A DNA stretch of 60,451 bases, filler included. It is 5 parts of 5 records of this genome, joined end to end, with 100 filler letters (N's around TTAATTAATTAA, not from the genome) between each part and the next. Parts side by side here need not be neighbours in the genome. Positions count along the whole stretch, not along the records: positions 11,460 to 23,265 come from SRR31147125_57494; positions 23,366 to 37,176 come from SRR31147125_57519; 3 more parts are not named here. One strand, written 5' to 3'. The notes below the pieces were generated by a model. It saw only the letters and a program-made list of their open reading frames with translations, searched no databases and was not told the DNA's origin. Below are positions 21,563 to 30,807 of the stretch, piece after piece; the first letter of the stretch is position 1; every line of letters begins with the position of its first letter. A program made the position numbers and the translations under genes.

Positions 21563-22668
21563 TTACTGATCTATGAGAAGGGTGCCCGGCGAGAGCTTTG
21601 GATCATCGGCAATGATCACCCACTGGTTGAGTGCGTCCAAAATGGTAACCGTTACCGGCTCGGGGTCTCCTTTAATAAATACCTTGGGATTCTCGTAACG
21701 ATTCACCACTGCCTGTGATGGGACTTTAAGCCCCCTGGACCGAACCGTGAGAGGAATGACACACCGAAGCCCACCGCGATGTTCTCCGGCATATCCGTGG
21801 ATCAACAGTTTGAGATTGATTTTACGGCTCTGCTCATCAAATTCGGGATTGGTGTAATAGATGGTGGCGCTTACCGGCTGATTTTCCAAAAGCACCTGAA
21901 GTCCTGTGGCTTCGTCCTCTTGTTCTTTCCCTCTCTCCCTATTTTCTTTTCCATTTCGATTTTCTTTTTTCCATCCATTGCCAAGCCAATAGCCGATCGG
22001 ATGGCATCGAACTCTTCATTGGACACGGCCAGAGGCACCACCATTTCTCTGAAATCCTGAATGACGGCCAGGGGTACTCCCGCCTGGATTACCTCTCCCT
22101 GCTCCACCTTGCGATCCGTCACGATCCACCGAGAGGTGCCGGCGATGGTATGGCGCCGCTTTTGCTCCAAAAGTCGATTAATGGTCACTCCCAATACCCG
22201 TTTTTCAGCAGCCAGTTGTTCTCGCTCCAGAACGGCTTGATCAAGTGCCTGGGAAGCAGCATCCCGAATGACCTCTGTGGTTCGCCCCTTAGCAAACAGC
22301 TTTTCTTTTCGATCAAAATCCTTTTTCAGGTAAGCAATCCTGGAGTCCACCTGTTTGAGCCGGATGTTTAATTCGGATAGGGTCAATCGGCTGTTTTTGA
22401 TATCGAAATCGATAAAGGTGGCGTCAATGGTTGCAAACGGAAGATCCGATATCCGATCTCCGACATCGTAATTGATTTCAATAAGCTTCCCGCCCACTTC
22501 TGCAGAGATCACCGCACGTTTGACACTGCGGGTATATCCCCTCAGCGTCACCGGTTTTGTCGCCTTTTCCACAGTCCACTCTTTGGCCGCTCCAATCTCG
22601 ACATGGGTGGTGCAGAGAAACATGCAAATAATGATAATTGAAACTCTGGACAGCAGACACTTTCTCAT
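21563..22668 (-). CDS. RND periplasmic adaptor subunit (frameshift ~21890)
   Basis: N-terminal hydrophobic segment, ISAEVGG lipoyl-like motif, coiled coil, VEQGEVI; second ORF carries the VP..AV end. Confidence 0.75.
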
Positions 22669-23265
22669 ATAGTCTCCTTATGAATACAGGGTGTTTTGGG
22701 CCTGTTTTTTGTATGTTCTACACCCAATTTTTTTAATTTCCACTTTTTCCTAAATTTACTTTAATGTCCAAAATCAAGCCATGCGGTTATTTCTGCTTGC
22801 AGGGTCTACGCATTTGAAAACCGCCATAATAAATTCAGACAGTTAGAAAGGATACAAAAATGCTTCGGCTTTCTAACAACTTAAATTTACACAATTAAAA
22901 TGTTATGCCAATTCCAAATGCGTTTACCCTGTTTCTGCTTGTAGAAATCGTTGACATATCCCTAAGATCAGTGCTATTCATTATTACTAACTTCAATAAC
23001 GCCCATGGTTAACTCTCTACCGCAACGAAACAGGAAAGAACTTGATTTTAAAAAATGTTCTTTCATTTATCCTCTCATATAGCCATGGTAAACCTTCTTT
23101 TCCATCCCAAATAACGCGGTCTGTAAGAAGTAGATAACGGTTCTTTAACGACAATAACCCACCCATAAGTGGAAACAACAATGAACATGGAAAGCTGTGA
23201 TCAGCTATTTGCGTTCAATATTTTTCAGATAATTATAAGTACCTGGACAGATATTCACTGGAGCC

Positions 23266-23365
23266 NNNNNNNNNNNNNNNNNNNNNNNNNNNNNNNNNNN
23301 NNNNNNNNNTTAATTAATTAANNNNNNNNNNNNNNNNNNNNNNNNNNNNNNNNNNNNNNNNNNNN
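23266..23365. other. Artificial contig spacer
   Basis: N-run with TTAATTAATTAA linker. Confidence 0.97.
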
Positions 23366-23493
23366 TAAAACCGATAAGTGACGCTGTAGGGTTAACCTGG
23401 AATTTTTATTTGTATGCCGGGCTAAACGGGTACGGATTTCAAATCGGTCCCCGTTTACCGTTTACCTCCGTAAAGCGATGGACAGTCAATCGA

Positions 23494-24783
23494 TTATACG
23501 GTTCCCATCTCTACCCGGTGATATCGTTTTTTACCGGCCCTCAGCAAAATTCCGTTTTCATTGACCTGTTCTGCGGTGATCATCTGATCAAACGCCTGAA
23601 CCGCCTGATCATCGATGTAAGCGCCGCCCTGTTTGATCAGTCGTCTGGCATCTCCGGCGGACTTGCAAAGCCCCACCCGCTGAAACAGCTGATAGGCGGG
23701 AATGCCTTGGCTCAGCTCATTTTCGGGAATCCGGGTGGTTGGCAGGGTCGGGGGCGTGGCCGTTCTTTTCTCCCTCGGGATGGTGCTGGAAGGAAGCATG
23801 CCGGCGGGAATTTCCTTTGCGCCGAATGCTGCCGCTGTGGCATCCTGAGCTTTGAGGGCCTCTTGTCGACCATGGGCAAGAGCGGTCGCTTCAAACGCCA
23901 GTATCTGTTTGGCACTGTTGAGATCGGCGCCGGTGACGGTATCCAGCGCTTTGATTTCCTCCATGGGAAGAAAGGTGAACAGCGCCGTGAATTTGGCGAC
24001 GTCCCGATCATCGGTGTTGACCCAGAATTGGTAGTAATCGTATGGAGAGGTCTTCTCGGGATCCAGCCAGACGGCACCGCTGGCGGTTTTCCCCATCTTG
24101 CTGCCGTCGCTTTTGGTGATCAGCTTGAAGGTGATGCCGAATACGGTTTTCTGACGGGTGCGTCGAACCAGCTCCACTCCGGCCACAATGTTTCCCCATT
24201 GATCGCTGCCACCCATCTGCAGCATGCAGTTGTGGCGATCAAAAAGCTGCAGGAAGTCATAGGCCTGGAGCACCTGGTAGTTGAACTCGATGAAACTCAA
24301 CCCCTCGTCGGATTCGATTCTCTGGCGATAGCTCTCCGCCTTGATCATCCGGTTGATGCTGAAGTGTCGTCCGATATCTCGAAGAAAGGGGATATATTCC
24401 AGCGTCCTCAACCAATCGGCATTGTTCCCGAGAATCGCTTTTCCTTCATTGAAGTCGATGAAGTGGGAGAGCTGGCCTTTCAGCGCCTGAACGTTATCTT
24501 CGATGGTCTCGTAGGTCATCATCTTTCGCATTTCCGTCTTGCCGCTGGGATCGCCGATCATACCGGTGCCGCCACCCACGAGGGCAATGGGGATGTGACC
24601 GTTTCGCTGCATGTGCGCCAGAGACATGATGGGAATGAGATGGCCCACATGAAGACTGTCGGCTGTGGGGTCAAAACCGATGTAGCAGCTGCCGCCCTCC
24701 TTGGCGAGGTATTCGGCAAGCTCTTCTTCATGGGTTTGGTTTTCGATAAAGCCGCGCTCTTTCAGGATGTCTAAAACATTCAT
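23494..24783 (-). CDS. tyrS: Tyrosine--tRNA ligase
   Basis: YIGFDPTADSLHVGH, QAYDF, GGSDQWGN, KMGKT, C-terminal S4 domain. Confidence 0.97.
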   Translation of the reverse strand: MNVLDILKERGFIENQTHEEELAEYLAKEGGSCYIGFDPTADSLHVGHLIPIMSLAHMQRNGHIPIALVGGGTGMIGDPSGKTEMRKMMTYETIEDNVQALKGQLSHFIDFNEGKAILGNNADWLRTLEYIPFLRDIGRHFSINRMIKAESYRQRIESDEGLSFIEFNYQVLQAYDFLQLFDRHNCMLQMGGSDQWGNIVAGVELVRRTRQKTVFGITFKLITKSDGSKMGKTASGAVWLDPEKTSPYDYYQFWVNTDDRDVAKFTALFTFLPMEEIKALDTVTGADLNSAKQILAFEATALAHGRQEALKAQDATAAAFGAKEIPAGMLPSSTIPREKRTATPPTLPTTRIPENELSQGIPAYQLFQRVGLCKSAGDARRLIKQGGAYIDDQAVQAFDQMITAEQVNENGILLRAGKKRYHRVEMGTV

Positions 24784-24809
24784 TTTATATTTGTCCTATA
24801 TCTTGGTTG

Positions 24810-24850
24810 AAAAAAGGGCCGCATAGCCAAAAAGCTTTGCGACCCTTTTT
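24810..24850 (-). terminator. Intrinsic terminator (attenuator) in the tyrS leader
   Basis: Minus strand AAAAAGGGTCGCA-AAGC-TTTTTG-GCTA-TGCGGCCCTTTTTT, about 27 nt before the tyrS ATG. Confidence 0.8.
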
Positions 24851-24905
24851 AAAATATTTGGTGCCGCAGGCTTTGTGTTCCGCGGCATCTGTTTTTGATC
24901 ATGCT

Positions 24906-25001
24906 CTATTGGAGAGTGGGGATACCACGGTGTGTTATATATGAATAATATCGATAATAATAGTCATCGTTTTCAACATAGTTCATCTTTTGGCGTCCCA
25001 T
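24906..25001 (-). CDS. Putative Tyr-rich leader peptide of tyrS
   Basis: AAGGAG RBS; MGRQKMNYVENDDYYYRYYSYITHRGIPTLQ* with 7 TAT codons. Confidence 0.8.
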   Translation of the reverse strand: MGRQKMNYVENDDYYYRYYSYITHRGIPTLQ

Positions 25002-25026
25002 TCAATTCTCCTTGTTTTTTCAGATG

Positions 25027-25055
25027 TTAATAAGCCAACGCCTATTGAAAGTCAA
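25027..25055 (-). promoter_or_regulatory. Sigma70 promoter for leader-tyrS
   Basis: TTGACT-N17-TATTAA upstream of the leader RBS. Confidence 0.5.
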
Positions 25056-25150
25056 GATCATTTTCTTTGTAGCAGGCCGACGCTTATTAACCGTGAAAAG
25101 GATACTCCCTTTCGGGATGAGATAGAAGAAAAAAAGAGGGACTAATTCTG

Positions 25151-25195
25151 TGAACAATATGAACAAAATGATCTTAATAAATTTAAAACTCTTTA
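25151..25195 (+). promoter_or_regulatory. Tandem AT-rich 9-mers, putative DcuR/CitB-type operator
   Basis: TGAACAATA TGAACAAAA TGATCTTAA TAAATTTAA upstream of the dcu gene. Confidence 0.45.
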
Positions 25196-25240
25196 ATTTT
25201 CAAATATTTACCTTGCTCGAAAAGTATTGTACCTATCTTT

Positions 25241-25276
25241 CCGAATTCAAGTGAACAGGCGCCGAATTCAAGTGAA
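25241..25276 (+). repeat. 15-bp perfect direct repeat, 21-bp period
   Basis: CCGAATTCAAGTGAA at 25241 and 25262. Confidence 0.9.
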
Positions 25277-25396
25277 TATGCGGTTTGGTAATAAAAGCAA
25301 ACTGCAATGGTTCAAAGAGTAATGGAAGGGAGATTTTTTTGTCATTTATACATTGATTGACAATGCAATGCGTTTTCAGTCGAAGGAGAGTGTATC

Positions 25397-26722
25397 ATGT
25401 TGTATGTTCAGTTTCTATTTTTGCTTCTCATGCTTTATATCGGCAGTCGATACGGCGGTATCGGTCTGGGCGTCATTTCCGGTATCGGTCTTGCCATCGA
25501 GGTATTTGTCTTTCAGATGCCCCCGTCTTCGCCGCCCATCACCGTCATGCTCATCATCATGGCTGTGGTGACCTGTGCCTCCATCCTCGAGGCGGCAGGT
25601 GGGCTCAAATATATGCTTCAATTGGCGGAGCGGCTATTGAGATCCAACCCCAAGATGGTCTCATTACTAGGGCCCTTGGTCACCTACACCATGACCTTCA
25701 TGCTGGGGACCGGTCATGCGGTTTATTCCGTCATGCCCATTATCGGCGATGTGGCCCTTAAAAACGACATCCGACCGGAACGCCCCATGGCGGCCGCCTC
25801 CGTGGCTGCCCAGATGGGAATCACCGCAAGCCCCATCTCTGCGGCAGTGGTCTACTATCTTTCCCAATTGACGGACATCAGCGCGGATATCACCTTACTC
25901 TCCATTCTCGGCGTGACCATTCCTGCGACCCTCACCGGTGTCATTGTCATGTCCCTCTATAGTATGAGACGAGGGGTGGAGCTGAAAGACGATCCTGAAT
26001 ATCAAAGACGGATGGCAGATCCGGTGTGGCGAAAAAGAATTGAAGAGACCACGGCCACCACCTTGAACGAGGTGCTGCCGGCAGCGGCAAAACAGTCGGT
26101 CATTCTTTTTGCATTGGCGCTGGTTACCATCGTCATCATTGCCATGTTTCCGGAGATTAGAACCATTTCAGGCAGTGAGAAAGCCATCAAGATGTCCATC
26201 ATTATCCAGATGATGATGCTGGCTTTCGGCGGTCTCATCCTGCTTGTCACCAAAACCAATGCCTCCAAAGTACCCGAAGGGGTGGTCTTCAAATCGGGAA
26301 TGGTGGCGGCCATCGCCATTTTCGGTATCGCCTGGATGAGTGACACCTATTTCAAGTTTGCCCTTCCCAGTTTCAAGGCCGGTATCGTCGACATGGTACA
26401 AAACTACCCCTGGACTTTTGCGCTTGCCATGTTCATCGTATCCGTTGTGGTCAACAGTCAGGCGGCCACCTGTCGGATGATGTTGCCCGTGGCACTGGGA
26501 ATGGGCCTTTCTCCGGCATTGGTCATCGGGATCATGCCCTCTTGCTACGGATATTTTTTCATCCCCAACTATCCGTCGGATATCGCCACCTGCACATTCG
26601 ACACCACCGGAACGACGCGCATCGGGAAATACTATTTCAACCACAGCTTCATGCTGCCCGGTCTCATCGGAGTTTCCGTCGCTTGTTGTGTGGGCTATAC
26701 CGTGGCTCAAGTATTCATTTAA
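25397..26722 (+). CDS. Anaerobic C4-dicarboxylate transporter (DcuA/DcuB family)
   Basis: GSRYGGIGLG, GTGH, RPERP, ITASPISAA, NSQAAT, YPSD, GTTRIGKY.FNHSF. Confidence 0.92.
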   Translation: MLYVQFLFLLLMLYIGSRYGGIGLGVISGIGLAIEVFVFQMPPSSPPITVMLIIMAVVTCASILEAAGGLKYMLQLAERLLRSNPKMVSLLGPLVTYTMTFMLGTGHAVYSVMPIIGDVALKNDIRPERPMAAASVAAQMGITASPISAAVVYYLSQLTDISADITLLSILGVTIPATLTGVIVMSLYSMRRGVELKDDPEYQRRMADPVWRKRIEETTATTLNEVLPAAAKQSVILFALALVTIVIIAMFPEIRTISGSEKAIKMSIIIQMMMLAFGGLILLVTKTNASKVPEGVVFKSGMVAAIAIFGIAWMSDTYFKFALPSFKAGIVDMVQNYPWTFALAMFIVSVVVNSQAATCRMMLPVALGMGLSPALVIGIMPSCYGYFFIPNYPSDIATCTFDTTGTTRIGKYYFNHSFMLPGLIGVSVACCVGYTVAQVFI

Positions 26723-27410
26723 GTCCGGAGTCGAAATAGCGCCTTTCCGGGCGCCCCACACTGCCGTAAATCACATCGGCTTTGAGTTCTCCGGTGGTGA
26801 TCATGTACTCCAGATAGCGCCGGGCGGTGGAGCGGCTGGCACCGATCCGCTCTCCCACCTCTTCGGCGCTCATTCCCTTTTCAGGGGCGGGTTGAAACGT
26901 CTGTTTCACCTTCCCCAAGGTCAATACATCAATACCTTTGGGAACATCCGAGCGGGTGTCCGAGGGGATGGGCGGGAGGGAGTGACTGAGTTCGTCTATT
27001 CGTTTCTGATCAAGTGTCCCTTCCTGCTGCAACTGCTGTTGAAATGCCCGATAACGCGTTAGTGTCTGCTCAAATCGTGAAAAAATCACCGGTTTTACCA
27101 GGTAATCAAATGCTCCGGCCCGCAACGCCTGTTGTACATCCGCCACATGCCTGGCCGCCGTAATCAGTATGGCATCGACGGCCTTCCCTTGCCCCCTGAG
27201 TCGCTGCAACAGCGCCATGCCGTTGCCATCCGGCATGTAGAGATCCAAAAGCAGTAGATCCGGTGTGAGTAGATTCACAAGTTCTCCCGCCTGCTCCAGA
27301 TCCTGGGCAATGCCCACCACTTCAAATCCTTTGATTTTATCGACAAAATAACGGTGCATCTCAGCAATTGGGGGATCATCCTCGATGATCAAAAGGCGTA
27401 ACGGTTTCAT
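26715..27410 (-). CDS. CitB/DcuR family response regulator
   Basis: IIEDD, LLDLYMPDG, DYLVKP, KGID..TL, SR.TARRYLEY, YG.VGRP. Confidence 0.9.
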   Translation of the reverse strand: MKPLRLLIIEDDPPIAEMHRYFVDKIKGFEVVGIAQDLEQAGELVNLLTPDLLLLDLYMPDGNGMALLQRLRGQGKAVDAILITAARHVADVQQALRAGAFDYLVKPVIFSRFEQTLTRYRAFQQQLQQEGTLDQKRIDELSHSLPPIPSDTRSDVPKGIDVLTLGKVKQTFQPAPEKGMSAEEVGERIGASRSTARRYLEYMITTGELKADVIYGSVGRPERRYFDSGLK

Positions 27411-27509
27411 TAAACTCCTTGTTGAGCGTGTAGAGTAGATTTCTCAGTAATAATAAAATCAAACACTTACAAATTGGAAAATCACGTTTTTCTCTTGAAT
27501 CGAGACTTA

Positions 27510-29039
27510 TTATACAGACTCCTTAGAATAGAGTATTTTGGATTTTTTACCAAAATCGTCGGAATGTTTGGGGATACTCAAGGTAAAAAGTGCTCCGCCA
27601 AGTTCTCCCGTCGACACAGTCAGGAATCCGTTCATTTCTTTGACGCATTCATCAACGAGATATAAACCGATTCCGTGGAGTCTGTTGGTCTCATTATCAA
27701 GAGATTTTGTTGTGAACCCCTTGGAGAAGATTTTTTCCAGAAGCGCTATAGGGACACCACCTCCGGAATCTTCAATTTCAAATATGAGATCAATGCCGAT
27801 ATCGGTCATAAACAGCGCCACTTGTGCAGGCCGATCTGGATAGGTGGCGGCTGCCTCCAGTGCATTGTCCATCAGATTTCCCAATATGGTCACAAGCTTC
27901 TCATGATCAAATCCATTCGGAATGTCCGCCATGGAGCTGTCCGGATTGATTTGAAAATCGATTTTCATCTCATGGGCTCGATTGAATTTTCCCATGATGA
28001 TCGCAGCCAGGGAGGGGTGGGGAACCGCTTGAGACAAAAAAGCGATCAAACTTTGAAGTCCGGAAGATTCACTGGTTACAAGAGCGAGGGCGTCTCCGTA
28101 GGCTTCCATTTGAAGAAGACCCGCCAGTCGATGCAGTTTATTGGAGTACTCGTGGGACTGCACCCGAAGCATTTCTGAGAACTCACGGGTTTGCCTTAGC
28201 TCTTCCTCCAGCTTTCGAAGATAGAGAGATGAGATCTGTTTGGGTTCCATCCCCAGAATCTGACGTTTGACATACCCGGCAATCCCGGTGGCTCCCAACA
28301 GAACCACCACAAAGAGCATGAAGATGAGTGTGGCCGGTTCCCGCTGATGCCCCTTGACAATCTCCATGACATGGGTTTGCAAGTATCCCACGGAAACAAA
28401 TCCGATGATTTCCCGATCCTTTTTTCCGTCATTCCCCCCGGTCGCCTCTCCCTCCATCGACGCGCCGTCCATGGGGCTGAAAATCGGTACGATACTCCGA
28501 AGCGACGGCCCCAGCGTGCCCACAGCTTCGGAAACATAAGCCACGCCCTCATCAAGAGCCCGCCGCTCGTCTCCGCCGACAAACCGTTGACCGATTTTTT
28601 CCGGATCGGGGTGGGAGTAGCGCCGGCTCTCGGCATCGGCGATGACGATGAACTCCGCCTCCACCTCTTTCCGGATCTGCTCCGCCAGCTGCTGAAGTAC
28701 ACGGTGATGATCTGTTTTGACGCTCAATATCTGCTGCACGGAAGGCATTCGGGCAAAGGCGTGCCCGATATCCAACGCCCGTTTACTGATTTGAGACTTG
28801 GAGACATTGCCGATAAATGTGATAAAAATTGCGCCGCTCACAAACAGGCTTCCCAAGACCACCAAAAAGACCAGAATGAGCATTTGGCCTTGAAGGGTAG
28901 GAGGCGTGATGAGAGTGACAAGTCGTTTTACAATACGGATCGGCAGGGGCATTGTCGCTGCTGCTGCCGAGTTCCGGTCAAAGGAATTCATAAGTCGAAA
29001 AAAGTGTCCGTAGAAGTTGAAATTGAGTGGTTTCATCAA
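27510..29039 (-). CDS. CitA/DcuS family sensor histidine kinase lacking the cytoplasmic PAS domain
   Basis: Periplasmic RYSHP and GTLGPSLR; LR.QSHEY.NKLH; GNL.DNA, D.G.G, KGFTTK, G.GL. Confidence 0.88.
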   Translation of the reverse strand: MMKPLNFNFYGHFFRLMNSFDRNSAAAATMPLPIRIVKRLVTLITPPTLQGQMLILVFLVVLGSLFVSGAIFITFIGNVSKSQISKRALDIGHAFARMPSVQQILSVKTDHHRVLQQLAEQIRKEVEAEFIVIADAESRRYSHPDPEKIGQRFVGGDERRALDEGVAYVSEAVGTLGPSLRSIVPIFSPMDGASMEGEATGGNDGKKDREIIGFVSVGYLQTHVMEIVKGHQREPATLIFMLFVVVLLGATGIAGYVKRQILGMEPKQISSLYLRKLEEELRQTREFSEMLRVQSHEYSNKLHRLAGLLQMEAYGDALALVTSESSGLQSLIAFLSQAVPHPSLAAIIMGKFNRAHEMKIDFQINPDSSMADIPNGFDHEKLVTILGNLMDNALEAAATYPDRPAQVALFMTDIGIDLIFEIEDSGGGVPIALLEKIFSKGFTTKSLDNETNRLHGIGLYLVDECVKEMNGFLTVSTGELGGALFTLSIPKHSDDFGKKSKILYSKESV

Positions 29040-29057
29040 TGAATTGATGGGCAGATG

Positions 29058-30098
29058 CTACGACAAAGCGCGTGTGTTGCCTACCTGAAAAAAAGGGTCA
29101 TCAAAAACAATGGGCGTACCGTTTCGAACCTTTTCGCGAAGCCGGGCCATCTTTTTATCCAGTTCAACAAGAGAACGCATGCCTTTTCGCTCATTTTCCG
29201 ATGTCTCTCTAACGGTGACAATCCCTCCGTTTTTTATCACAATTCTCCGGTGACCGGAAAGGGCCAAGAGGGGATCGTGGGTCGCCATGACAACGATTTT
29301 CTCTTTATTGACCAATAGGGCCACCGCCTGAAGTCGATCCACCCCGGCATTTTCAATTTCGTCGATCAGCACGATGGGGGATGCGCTTAAGTGGGCCACA
29401 TCTGCGATCATGAGCGCCCTTGACTGTCCTCCGGAAAGGGCGGTCACAGCGGTGTCAAGGGTAAAGGGCTCTCCGGCCAGGGCCACGGCGGAATCGAAAA
29501 TACGGGTGATTTTTTCAGGAATTTCTTCAACCAAACGGCTTTCAGCATGCATTCTCAAAAACTCTTCCACCGTTAAATCCATCACAAAATTCATATTTTG
29601 AGACAGTTGTGCCACCATCTGAAACTCTCCTGAAAATCGGCGCTTCGCATCCGGTGGGATCCCGTCCAGTAATATCCGGCGGCCGGATGGCGTATCTCCC
29701 TGGGCAAGACATTCAATGTCTTCAAGCAGTCTGCTTTTGCCTGAACCGGTGGGGCCGACGACACTCACTACTTCTCCAGCGAAAAGGGTCACATCCATTG
29801 GTTCCATGTTTCCTGTTTTATCAAATCCTGCCTGGATGGTCACCTGTTGGATGGTGGTATTGTCCCTTTGTTGAAGATCCTCCATTTTATTTATAAAGTC
29901 AAGAACTTGACAAGACAACGTATGATGATCCAGTCCGAACGGTGACAGCTGACTATCGGGCAGGGAGAGAATGAATTTGTTTAATGAAGAGCTCTTGGAA
30001 GTGGTGGAGAGGGATAGGGCATTGAAAAAGTCGTTGAGATAGGGATACTTCTGGAGCAACACATCAAGGGGCTGATGCAATAGGTGTGAATCAATCAT
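29058..30098 (-). CDS. ABC-type ATPase with N-terminal extension
   Basis: GPTGSGKS, LSGGQSRALMIAD, LIDEIEN, ATHDP. Confidence 0.85.
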   Translation of the reverse strand: MIDSHLLHQPLDVLLQKYPYLNDFFNALSLSTTSKSSSLNKFILSLPDSQLSPFGLDHHTLSCQVLDFINKMEDLQQRDNTTIQQVTIQAGFDKTGNMEPMDVTLFAGEVVSVVGPTGSGKSRLLEDIECLAQGDTPSGRRILLDGIPPDAKRRFSGEFQMVAQLSQNMNFVMDLTVEEFLRMHAESRLVEEIPEKITRIFDSAVALAGEPFTLDTAVTALSGGQSRALMIADVAHLSASPIVLIDEIENAGVDRLQAVALLVNKEKIVVMATHDPLLALSGHRRIVIKNGGIVTVRETSENERKGMRSLVELDKKMARLREKVRNGTPIVFDDPFFQVGNTRALS

Positions 30099-30796
30099 GA
30101 AAAATCCATGGTTTTAATGTTTCCGATCTGGCAGTCGGGGCCGATTCGGGTTTCGCCCAGACAGTAGGAACAGAGGGCTGCCGGCATGGTAAATCGAAGC
30201 CTCATGCCATTGAGTGAATCAACGGCCGGTGCGGATTTAAAATGCTCGGCGATCAGCAGACTCCCCTGTCCGGTCAGTCCGTTCATCGGCAGCACCGATG
30301 CTTTGGCATTGGCCTGGCGGACGCGAAAGGTAAACACTTCACGTTCGGCCTGTGAGACAATATCGCCTTTGGTGAGCACCACGAGATCGGCATTTTTTAA
30401 CATGGGGCCGATTTTTCTCGGGGTATGGACGCCGCTTAAATGGTCGATGACGCAAACCGATAAAATTCCCTTGATATGAGGCGAGCAACGATTGCATAGA
30501 CCGGCGCTTTCACTGATCAAGAGATCAAAGTGTTCGCGTTTGGCCCATTGTAGGGCCTGTTCGATATTGGCGATGAAAAAATGATCGGGACAGAGCCCTC
30601 CGGCCAGACCGTTCTTGACCGGAAGATCGGCAGATGCGTATCTGTGGTGATCCTCCCCTGTAAGACAGTCGAACTTGACGATGCCAATGCTGAGTCCCTC
30701 GGATATCAACGGTTTTGCGATTTGGAGAATCAGGGATGTTTTGCCGCTGGACGGCGGCCCTGCCACTGTAACCAGCCGTATGGAAGATGCAGTCAT
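30095..30796 (-). CDS. G3E-family (HypB/UreG/CobW-like) Cys-rich GTPase
   Basis: GPPSSGKT, GLCPDH, ESAGLCNRC, TKGD, ALCSYC. Confidence 0.85.
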   Translation of the reverse strand: MTASSIRLVTVAGPPSSGKTSLILQIAKPLISEGLSIGIVKFDCLTGEDHHRYASADLPVKNGLAGGLCPDHFFIANIEQALQWAKREHFDLLISESAGLCNRCSPHIKGILSVCVIDHLSGVHTPRKIGPMLKNADLVVLTKGDIVSQAEREVFTFRVRQANAKASVLPMNGLTGQGSLLIAEHFKSAPAVDSLNGMRLRFTMPAALCSYCLGETRIGPDCQIGNIKTMDFS

Positions 30797-30807
30797 GGGG
30801 TTTAGCT

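Noticed and set aside
23410-24774. Long antisense ORF opposite tyrS (likewise 7250-8107, 43265-44245, 52136-52891)
   Set aside because: Shadow ORFs of real genes with no recognisable motifs.
24935-24979. Ile-rich uORF MLKTMTIIIDIIHI* overlapping the Tyr leader
   Set aside because: It is a by-product of TAT repeats read in another frame, has no RBS, and Ile is unrelated to tyrS.
24790-25020. T-box riboswitch upstream of tyrS
   Set aside because: No GGTGGNACC(G) T-box consensus or stem I signature is visible; leader-peptide attenuation explains the region better.
25241-25276. Mini CRISPR array
   Set aside because: Only two 15-bp units with a 6-bp spacer, and no cas genes.
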